DNA of 32,339 nucleotides from Octopus bimaculoides. Taxonomy: Eukaryota. The translations under genes and the position numbers were made by a program. This document shows positions 22,401-32,339 of the stretch, one piece after another. A model generated the notes under the pieces. The model did no database searches and was not told the origin of the DNA. It worked only from the letters and a program-made list of their open reading frames with translations. Position 1 is the stretch's first letter. Each line of letters opens with the position of its first letter. Location: assembly GCF_001194135.2 (NCBI RefSeq), contig NC_068999.1, positions 28,104,423 to 28,136,761 on the forward strand, read 5' to 3'.

Positions 22401-22559
22401 ATGTGAAGACAAGATATAGGTAAAACTTCCATACAGTACATTCTGGATAGACTACAGACACATAAAAATGCAGTAGAATCACAGGATGATTAACAGTAGA
22501 AGTGCAGGAGCAATAAATAATAAGAGCACACGGGAAATAGATGTTCTGAAATGTCCAGG

Positions 22560-23680
22560 AAGCTTAGAAGTAATAGTTTCTGTTATCTAGGTGACATAAT
22601 TAGCAGTGGAGGCAGATGTCCTGAAAGTATAGTTACTAGAATATGAATTGGTTGGTGAAATTTCAGAGAACTTTTACATTTGTTTGTAACAAAACGCTTC
22701 TCTCTCAGAATGAAAGGCAAATTGTATGATGCCTGTGTCTGAACAGCAATCCTACATGGCTGTGAAACTTGGATTGCAAATGCAGAGGACATGCAAAAAC
22801 TTGAAAGAAATGGAACGAGTATGCTCCAGTGGAAGTCCAATGTCAGTGTACTTGTACAACAAAGCACATTTGCTTAGAGAAAAATTGGGGCATAAAAGGT
22901 AGCAGATGTAGTGTGCAGGAGAGAAGACTGCACTGGTATGTCATGTAATGCAGATGCATTGAGGACAGCTGTATAAATAAGTGCTGATCATAAACATGGA
23001 AGAAATATATGGAAGAGGTAGACCTAGGAAGACTTGAGATGAAGTGGTGAAAACTGACCTCAAGATGTTGAGCCTCTCAGAGGAGACAATGGGGGACCAA
23101 GATGAATGGCATTATGCAGTGCTTGAGAAGACTCATCCAGCTCAGGAGAATTGAAGCTCTGTCTAGCTTTCCCCAACAACTTATCTTGACACCTACTCTT
23201 CCATCAATCTTCTTTGTTACCCTATTTTCTTCACTTCCCCCTACACTTAACTAATATCCTCTATGTCCAATTTATTCCCTATCTCTAATCATCTGTCATA
23301 CTATTTTCACTCAGTGCACTTACTTACCTACACATTTGCTTTTCTGCTCTGCTATCCTATTCTGTCACATGTTCATATTGCACCAGGACCTCATATCTCT
23401 TTAGTAAGACACCTGCTCCTCTCTCTCTATCATAGTTTTTAAAATTTTTCCTGTCTATATCCTACTCAGTTGAAGGGTCTTACTTCACAGGTACTTGGTG
23501 ACCTCATCTGTGCTGATGCCACATAAAAAGCATGTTATACTGTCTGTTAAGTGGTTGGCATTAGGAAGAGCATTCAAAAGAAGACAAAGAACATTGCTGA
23601 GCCATCTAGCTCATCTGTTCTTGTCAAACTGTCCAACCCATGCCAGCATGGAAAAAAAGAATGTAAAATGATGAGGATAT
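22560..23680 (+). mobile_element. RTE LINE 3' portion with 3' UTR
   Basis: GDIISSGG...ESIV.RI.IGW.KFREL...KGKLYDACV.TAILHGCETW, GRGRPRKT, atgatg tail. Confidence 0.85.
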
Positions 23681-23829
23681 AAACACACACACAACCCTGT
23701 GTCACTGTAACAACTAGACTATTAAATGTTGTAATACACTGCCAGTCACAATGCACTTCCAATTCTATCTTGATTGTGCTATTCTTTTTCATCTTTCCCA
23801 AATTGTTGAATTAAATCATCTTCCCATTG

Positions 23830-25610
23830 TTGTGGAGGCCTTCTAAGTGGCCTTTTCCAATCCCTTGGACACCACTCTGGCACAGCTGAATTTGTGCTTT
23901 TGACATTCTGCAGTTATGTCATTCAATCCACTCCATTCTCATTAAGGATATGCTCTCACAATGGTATTCCTAGCACAGATCTTTCTATGGCCCTTTGTGT
24001 TATAGCCAATTGATGTTCTTCCCTCATCATAGTAGCCCACGTCTCGCTTGCATATCAGGGAACAGGTAGGACAGTGCTGCTGAAGTGTTTGGCACATGTG
24101 GTCTTGTCCAGCTATGCTTTGAGCACATGCTTTATTGAGGTAAACACCTTCCATACTGCCCTTACTTTCTTTCAGATTTCAGAGTTCATGTCATAACACA
24201 TGACATATATTTACTGTGAGCCCTAAGTGGATGTATTCCTTTACTTCCTCAATAACATCACTTCCCATCTCAAGTCAGCCTTATTCTACATTTTTGGACT
24301 ACATGTATTTTGTTTTAATATGGTTCATTTTAAGACCTACTACTGAGCTATGTGTGTCCAGCTCTGTCAGCATGGTCTGCAGCTGATCTGTGGTTTCAGT
24401 ACTGATTACAATGCCATCTACGAATAGAAGACGTGTTAGTAACTTGCTACTGATATTCATGCCATATGTCCATTCAATGTTTCTGATGACTATTTCTAGA
24501 TATGCAGTGAAGAGCTTTGGAAAGAGATTCCATCTCCTTGTTGATACCCTTCCCACTTGGAACTCTTGCTGGCAGCAATAGTAGAGCTATATCTGTTGTG
24601 CATCCAGAGTTTGCATCCCTGAGTAGTTTGGTGTATTGCACTCACACACCTTGAATTTCCAGAGATTTCAGCACTGAATTCATCTCAATGTTATTGTAGG
24701 TCATTTTGTAGTCAATGTAAACAACACACAGATGTAGCCAGTATTCTTTTGTTCTTTCTATAAGCTGTGTTAGAGTGAACATGTAAATAAGTAGCTTATA
24801 GAGATGAGACAAGAGACATATAGTTCAATAGTTTCTTAAATCTTCTTTATCACCATTTTTATGGAGGGAGATGGTATTTGACTCTTTCCACAGAAAAAAT
24901 ATATTTACCCTCCTTCAGACAGTGATTGAAGTACAGAAGGATGTTCTATAGCTCGTCACTTCCACACCTAAACATCTCTACTGTTATGCCAGCTTTTCCT
25001 GGAGCATTATCTGCTTTCATCAACTTGATGTATTTTCAATTTCACTGACTAGAATAGGTGGCACGTCTTTCAACATTAGAGGATTGAGCTTCACTGATGA
25101 TTTAAAAAGGTTGGTGTCAAAGGTTTTGCATGCTGCTTCTATTTCACCTTTGTCTGTCACCATGAGCCCATCCTTGTTCTAAAGTGCCATCACCTCTGAC
25201 CAATAGAATGCCAGCTTTTTCCTGCATCTTTTTAGACTTTCTTTTCTTCTGTAGCCTGCATCAGCTTCTTCAAGCTATTACTCTCAAAATCATTTTCTAC
25301 ATGCTGTCTGATCACTTTGCAAAGAACAGAATACATGAAGGGATCTTTCATGTTTCTTTTATGGTTTTATGTTTCTCAAGCATTCTCTTTGTCTCCTCCA
25401 AGATTTTATTGCCAGGCTCCCACCAGTTTGCAGAGCTCACTTTCGACATGCTGCTTTAAATTTTCTGAACCAGCCTTCATCAATCAGTTCATGTTGACTC
25501 CAAACCTGCCTCTTGATAGCATCCTGAAACTGTACCACACTGAGGAACTTAACATACTGATTCTTCATTGAGATATGCAGAGCCTTCTCTCTGATTTTGT
25601 TGATCACAAT
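23830..25610 (-). mobile_element. Degraded RTE LINE of a second family (ORF2 fragments)
   Basis: ORF 24299-24556 (PKLFTAYLE...LLFVDGIV...VGLKMNHIKTKYM); upstream K.PGKAGI remnant. Confidence 0.8.
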
Positions 25611-25619
25611 CTTTGCCCA

Positions 25620-25634
25620 TATATACATATAAAC

Positions 25635-25685
<51 letters not shown>
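25620..25685. repeat. (TA)n microsatellite
   Basis: Read directly from the sequence. Confidence 0.95.
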
Positions 25686-25686
<1 letters not shown>

Positions 25687-25899
25687 TCAGCTGGCAAAAA
25701 TGAGTAGTGCCTGTATTTCAAAGTGTCAGCCTTGTTAAATTCTGTGTCACACTGGATCTCCCTGAGAGCTACATTATGGGCTTGTCAATGGAATGCTCAG
25801 TCACTTGGACATTAATTTCATGAGCAAGCTGCTCCATTGATCGGATCAACTGGAACCCTCATTATCAAAACCAACAGAGTGCCAGGAGGAGGATATATA

Positions 25900-27187
25900 T
25901 CAGGTCATTAAGAATGAAATATCCAATTTTGAACTGAAAGTTTTTATTTTACTTTATCTCAACAAAAAGCAATGCAGTTAATCAAAGTATGCACCTAAAT
26001 TATCAACACAATTCTGCCATTTTATCAGTAGCTTATTTATGGCGGCAGTGAAGAATTCTGGAGAACAAGAGGTGATGAAATCACGAAAGGCTGTTTTTGC
26101 ATCTTCTTCAGATTTGAAGTATTTTCCTTGCAAAAAGTTGTCTAATGCCTGGAAAACATGATAGTTAGTTGATGCATGGTCTGGGAAATATGGTAGATGA
26201 CAGAGTACTTCCAAGTTCAGTTCCTGTAACTTGAGTAGCATTCTTTGTGCAACATGTGGCCAAGCATTGTCATGCAAGAGAATTGGCCTGTCTTTATTGA
26301 CCAATCTCAGTTGTTTAATTGCAAGTTCACTCACCATTTCATCCAATTGGTTGATGTATACATCTGCTGTAATTGACTTACCAGGTCTCATGAAGCTGTA
26401 ATGGATGACACCAACGCTGGACCACCAAACAAACACCATTAACTTTTATTGATGAATATTCTTTTTTGGGATTGTGTTTTGGCACTTCGTCTCTATCCAA
26501 CCACCATGCAGAACGCTTACTATTGTTGAAAAGAATCCATTTTCCATCACATGTAACATTATGATGCAAAAATTGTTTGCTTTTATGCTGTGACAGCAAA
26601 GAACAGCAAGTTTGAAGACGATGTGTCATTTGATGCTCTTTCAGTTCGTATGGTACCCACTTGTCCAGCTTCTTTACCTTACTGATTTGTTTCAGATTGT
26701 CCAATACAGTTGGAATTGAAACATCAAACCTTGCTGCTTACTCATACGTAGTTTGAGACGTATCTGTCTTCACTACAGTTTCCAGCTCATTATTATCCAC
26801 CTTGGTCTCAGGTCTACAATGGGGCTGATTTTCAAGAGTAAAGTTATCAGATTGGAACTTCTCAAACCATCGACATACAGTCCACTCATTCACCACATCT
26901 TCACCAAACACCTCATTGATGTTTCAAGCTGTCTGGGATGCATTGGTTCCATGACAGAACTCATATTCATAAACAACACAAATTTTCTATCTATCCATGA
27001 GTTCACAAAAATTGATCTACAAGAGAAAACTCACAATATAATCAGACACCATGAACTGCATTTTGAAAAGTGATGATGTAACTCTTCAATGCTGTAAAAC
27101 AAAGAATTGTCAGGATAAAATATTAGAGGTAATGACTGTCAAACCTGGTACATAAGAAAATTAGACATTTCATTCTTAATAACCTGA
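25900..27187 (-). mobile_element. Full-length mariner (DD34D-type) element with a disrupted transposase (about 25978-26998)
   Basis: TIRs TCAGGT(C/T)ATTAAGAATGAAAT with TA flanks. ORFs 26378-26704 and 25978-26439 give WVPYEL, VTCDGKWI, HDNAWPH and YFPDHASTNYHVF (third Asp appears mutated to Asn). Confidence 0.95.
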
Positions 27188-27195
27188 TATATATA

Positions 27196-28514
27196 CAGGG
27201 TGTCCATAAAGTTTCTTTACCATTTAAAAAAAAATATTACAAAGGCAATTGATAAGATTTTATTTTCAGATTTATTCTATTGTATTCAGTGTGCATTTGT
27301 GTGTTTCAGGGATCCTGTTGGTGAAAGAGGTGCTGTTGAATGAACCCCTAAAAAATGGCTACCCCTCAAGAGAAGGCGCAATGTGTCTCATGGTTTATTG
27401 AAACAAAATCGGATAGGCAGACTCAGCGAAACTACAGAACTAAGTATGGAAAAGATCCACAATCACATCCGTCAATTCGTGCATGGCACAAGAAATTTAT
27501 GGAGACAGGGACAGTGTTAGATAAAGGGACGAGTGGGCGACCAAGAACATCTAATGAAAACATTGATCGTGTAAGACAATCCTTTTCTCATTCTCCCATA
27601 AAGTCCATCCATACTGCTGCCACACAGTTAGAGCTACCGCGTTCAACAGTGCACAAGATCCTACACAAGAACTTGCGATTGTACGCTTACAAAGTGCAAC
27701 TCTTACAGGCACTCGAGCCAAATGATAAACCAAGACGAAAAGGGTTTGCAGTTAACATGCTGGAACGAATTTCTGAGGATGAAACATTCCTCAGACAAGT
27801 TTGTTTTAGTGATGAGGAAACCTTTCATGTTTCAGGGAAACTGAATAAGCACAATGTGAGAATCTGGGGATCAGAACACCCCCATGTGACTAGAGAAATT
27901 GAGCGTAAAAGCCCAAAGGTAAATGTGTGGTGTGGGATCATGTGCAATCGAATAATTGGTCCATTTTTCTTCAATGAGACATCAATTACTGCAAACGTTT
28001 ACCTTGACCTTTTATCTGAATATGTGGCACCATAACTGAATAACCTTCAACCAACCATCATTTTCCAGCAAGATGGAGCACCACCACATTGGGGACTGCA
28101 TGTTCGTGGGTTCCTCAATCAAACATTTCCAGACTGGTGGATTGGAAGGGATGGTCCAATTCCTTGGCCGCCACGTTCACCAGATATCACTCCCCTGGAC
28201 TTCTTTCTATGGGGCTATGTTAAATATTTCGTGTATCGAACAAAGATACGGGACATTACTGACCTAAAGCAAAAGATTACTGATGCCATTGCCACAATTG
28301 ATGAGGCTATGTTACAGCAAACATAGCAAGAAATCGAGTACCGTCTTGATGTGCTTCATGCAACTAATGGTGCCCATGTAGAAGTGTATTAAATGAGGTA
28401 AAAAAAAAACTTTAATAAACACTGAATACAATAGAACAAATCTGAATAAAATATCTTATCAATTGCATTTGTAATAAAGTTTTGAAATGGTAAAGATACT
28501 TTATGGACACCCTG
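27196..28514 (+). mobile_element. Full-length DD41D (rosa/Visitor-type) Tc1/mariner element
   Basis: TIRs CAGGGTGTCCATAAAGT with TA flanks; 345-codon transposase frame 27355-28392. Confidence 0.95.
27355..28392 (+). pseudogene. DD41D transposase with two in-frame stops and no frameshift
   Basis: FSDEETF...QQDGAPPH...RSPDITPLDFFLWG, with 41 residues between the 2nd and 3rd Asp; TAA 28033-35 and TAG 28324-26. Confidence 0.92.
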
Positions 28515-28590
28515 TACTTCTTTTTGTATTGCAAGATTCTTGATGTGAATTCATGTTATTGGCATAATGATCCTCCCAAGACACAAGATA

Positions 28591-29805
28591 CACTGAACTG
28601 AAAAAGAAACTCAAGATGTGTGTGACTGTGAAATATGTTTTAAATTCATTATGTCAAAGATAAATTTTGATAAATCTGATAAAGTCAATTTCTTGGATGC
28701 ATTTTGACCACAATCTATGAGTCATTGTCATGTGTTTTGGTAGTGGGTGGATCCAGCACATCAAGATTGTAGGGCATGACATGTTCAATACCATATATGC
28801 CCTCCCTGGGTGTTCAAAACGTCCATATATCATTGGTACAAGGAGTGCATGAGGTGGTTCACAAAAGTCATTGGTACCTGCGCCCACACTCTGAAGAAAG
28901 CTGCCTTCAGTTCCACATGAGTTGTTGGCTTTCGGACCATCTGGTTCAGCCATCTCTGGATTTCATTCCACAGGTGTTCAATTGGGTTCAAATCTGGCCA
29001 CAGTATGGTTCTGATGTTGTGCTGACACAAGAAGTATATGGTGACCATGGCCAAGTGGGAGGGAGCATTGTCCTGCTGGAACACGTGGCTATGGTGATGT
29101 GCGAAGGGCACGATGTGAGGTCTTAAGATCTGGTCAACATAGCGCTGTGCTGTGATGCTATTCCTTCTGCCTGTACCAACATTTTGAAACACATGGGGCC
29201 CAATTCTCTGACTCAAGCCTATAGCACCCCAAATCATGATGCTTTGGCCACCCCACGCATCTCTCTCCATGACACATGCATCTCTGTAGCGTTCACCCCT
29301 CTTATGCCACAACCTCACTCTGCCATCCAAGGTGGAAACACAGTACCGGCTCTTGTCAGAGAAGACTATTGACCTCCATTGTTGATCCCGCCAATGTCGG
29401 TGCTGTGTAGCTCACTGTAGTTGTTGCTGACAGTGGCTACCCTGCTTGCAATTGGCTGATAGCTTGCTCTCTCTGTGCTGCTGACAATCGAGTCATACCT
29501 GATGCATCCAAATTATGAATGATAGGAACACAGTTCAAGTTGATTTTTATACGCATAACCTTCATGAGATGCACATGTATTTCAGTTTCCATGACAATTG
29601 TTTGCGACTGCCACCCACGGCATTGAACGCAGCTGCAGTTTGGTATCTCATTTCAGGAAAAGTTGAAAGGTTACCTGCAATTTGGGTCTCAGCCATAAAC
29701 CAGCATGTCTTGGAATATTTACACTTACATCTACGAAATAAATTTTCAGAATTTACCATATAAAAATAACATTTGAAAAAATCACGTTTCTTTTGCGGTT
29801 CAGTG
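28591..29805 (-). mobile_element. Tc1 (DD34E-type) element with a disrupted transposase
   Basis: TIRs CACTGAAC(C/T)G(C/A)AAAAGAAAC with TA flanks; ORF 28830-29330 has MIWGAI, FQQDNAPSH and PDLNPIEHLW. Confidence 0.92.
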
Positions 29806-30179
29806 TATATATTATTATTATATATATATACATACACACACACAGATATTAAGGTTTGTTTTTATATCAAGTTATTATAAGAACAATTTTACATCAAGCT
29901 GAAGTGTTACTCAATACCTTTTGCAAAATACACATTCATTATCCTTTAACAAGTAAAATATTGACAGTGACTTCAAAGTTTCACCCTACTAAGCTATCAT
30001 TGAACTGTGGCACAGCTGAGTTCATCTTGGCTTTATATAATTTCTGCTAAATTAAAATTTTCTGAGGTAGATGGAACTCTGTTGAATAATAATTAGATTG
30101 TACGGTAAGTTGTGATGGAAGATTTTTATTAAGTTTGGAGTTGTTTTATTGTTTACAATTCAATCCTGCATATAGAACT

Positions 30180-31390
30180 TTGTAACCAGGTATGTCTTTT
30201 TAGAGGTGCTGACATCATACTTGTACATGGCTGTACAACTTTCAGGAAGGTGTCATAACTTCCACAAGCCATTCATCTACCCCTAGCTTCCTCACTCTCA
30301 GCATATCACAAAGCAAGGGACACTGTCAAAGGATTTCTCCAGGTCAAAGAATGCCAAGTTCAATGGTTTGCTCTTAGCAATATACTTCTGCAGATGTTTG
30401 ACTAAGAAGCTAGCATCAGTAGTATTTCTCCACAGCACAAATCCAAGTTGTATCTCATCTAGTCTAATTCTGTTTTAAATTAATTGGGTTATAAGGCTCT
30501 CTGCAAATTTCATGACCTGGTCCAGCAATTTGATATCTCTGTAATCACTTCTATCTAAGGCATCTCCTTTAACCTTGTAGCAGCTGAATATAATGATGTT
30601 ACACCAGTCATTGGGAATGACACCTTCCTGAATAAGCAGACTAACTATAGGGTAACCAGACTGTATCCTACTCTGCCAGATATTTGAAGCATCTCAGCAG
30701 TAAATCCTGATGGACCAGGGGCTTTCCTTCATATCCTTAGTTGCCTTATCTATCATACTGCTCTCAACTAGGGTAGCTGGTCCCCTTGCTGGGTTCACAT
30801 TATGAAGACTCCCTTTCTTCCATGCATCCTCCACATTTAATAACCTTTCATGGTAGGACTTCCTCATCTCTTTCTTTTCAGAGTCACTACATGCAAGCAT
30901 ACCATTATCCATCCATACATACCCACAACTTCCATACATACCCTCAACATCTTGACTCTGTCTAGCAATTCAGAACACCTCTCATCTCTGATGATCATGC
31001 TGTAAGACATTGATAAACCTCTTCTTTTCTGCTTCTGCTCTTGATAGATAAACATGTCACCTAGCTTCCTTTTAGTTACCTGATATGATTCTTGGCCACC
31101 TCCATTTTTCCATTCTTTCCAAACCTGTCTCTTCTTTTTTATAGACCTATTTACCTCACTGTTTAACCACTATGTCACCCTTAATCTGAGAGAAGCTTCT
31201 TTGCTTCAGCCACAGATTTGGGCTGTTGCCTTTAGTAGGTCATCCCATAAAAGATTTCAGTTGTCCTCAATGTTATACATCTCTATCTCTTCCTCCTTCT
31301 GGCCAACTGCTCCAATTAGAACATCTCTAAATCATTGGCTATTTAAAAGATCCTTAAGCTTCCACACACACGCACACACACTCTGATCAA
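30180..31390 (-). mobile_element. Degraded RTE LINE ORF2 fragment, same family as 1-1510
   Basis: Homologous blocks ccagtcattggg.atgac.ccttc, tttgaagcatctc.gcagt, catctcatcta; ORF 30694-30939. Confidence 0.85.
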
Positions 31391-31599
31391 TTTGATAGGG
31401 ATTTATTGAATAGATTGAGGTAGATCAAAAGTGAAGTACACCATATATGGTGGTTAGACAGAATGACACAAATCAACAGATAAAACAATCCATTCAGGCT
31501 GCGAAGGAGGTATAAGTGAAGGGAAGTTTACTGATATTTGGCATTCCACAACTCCAGGAGTATCGAAAGTTAAATGGAACTTTAAGCATGGCATAATAT

Positions 31600-31805
31600 A
31601 ATCTTTTCTACTATAGGCACAAGATCTGAAGTTTGTGAGGAGGGGTATAGTCGATTTAACCCAGTACTCAACTGGTACTTATTTTATCAACCCTGAAAGT
31701 ATGAAAGACAAAGTTAACCTCAGTGGAACTTGAACTCAGATGGACAAAATGTTGCTAAGTGTTTTGCCTAGCTGTCTAATGATTCTATCAGCTTATCACC
31801 TTATC
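31600..31805 (+). mobile_element. SINE (same family as 19070-19282)
   Basis: Shared caactggtacttattttatc...gaaag.atgaaag.caaagtt.acc...gaact. Confidence 0.7.
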
Positions 31806-32149
31806 AGGACATAATATAATAATAATAAAACAGACAAATGAATTTTATATCACTACAATTATTTCATTAAAATATTTTGTGAAATAAAACATCATACAAA
31901 TAGTTATATATAGACATTCAATATTAATAAGGTTATGCAATCCTCAAATCTTCATGTTATACCATATTTCAATAGAGTAGAATATATGTTGAGTTCAAAA
32001 CAACATATGATATCAACTGAAGAAAATACCTATCCTTTAAATATTGAAGTAGACTGGTTTATAATTGGCTAATCAAATCCTTAGGTATACAAAAACAACA
32101 AAATACAGAGAACTGATAGCAGAAAGTGGGTGAACTTTTGTTGAATGAA

Positions 32150-32270
32150 TGAATCCCAGCACTTATTTTTCTAGCCTGGTACTTATTCTATGGGTCTCTT
32201 TTGCCAAAAAGCTCAGTTACTGAGATGTAAACACACCAACACTGGTTGTCAAGCATTGGTGGGGAACAAA

Positions 32271-32339
<69 letters not shown>
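32150..32339 (-). mobile_element. SINE 3' half followed by (CA)/(CT)n/(TA)n microsatellite
   Basis: ggtacttattctat.ggtctcttttgcc...gatgtaaacacacc...ggttgtcaagc; related to 6710-7075. Confidence 0.75.

Overview
AT-rich, repeat-dense animal genomic DNA. The SINE/RTE repertoire resembles what I recall from octopus (inference). Gene content: (i) the first two coding exons of a minus-strand gene (2768-2818, 1956-2007); (ii) a CpG-richer, probably bidirectional promoter at about 2800-4460, with a plus-strand first-exon candidate ending ATG|GTAAG at 4463; (iii) six phase-compatible 3' exons of an unidentified minus-strand gene (21977 to 11065) ending in a CaaX motif (CTLL*). The rest is RTE LINE fragments (one with a PHD finger inside ORF2), SINEs, MITEs, microsatellites and three near-abutting full-length Tc1/mariner elements of three families (DD34D-type, DD41D, DD34E). 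The most notable feature is a ~630-bp foldback at 8141-8767 (~93% arm identity) whose arms each carry a minimal type I hammerhead ribozyme, typical of Penelope-like elements/retrozymes. Also notable is a ~560-bp foldback element centred on a perfect (CCCTAA)3/(TTAGGG)3 palindrome.
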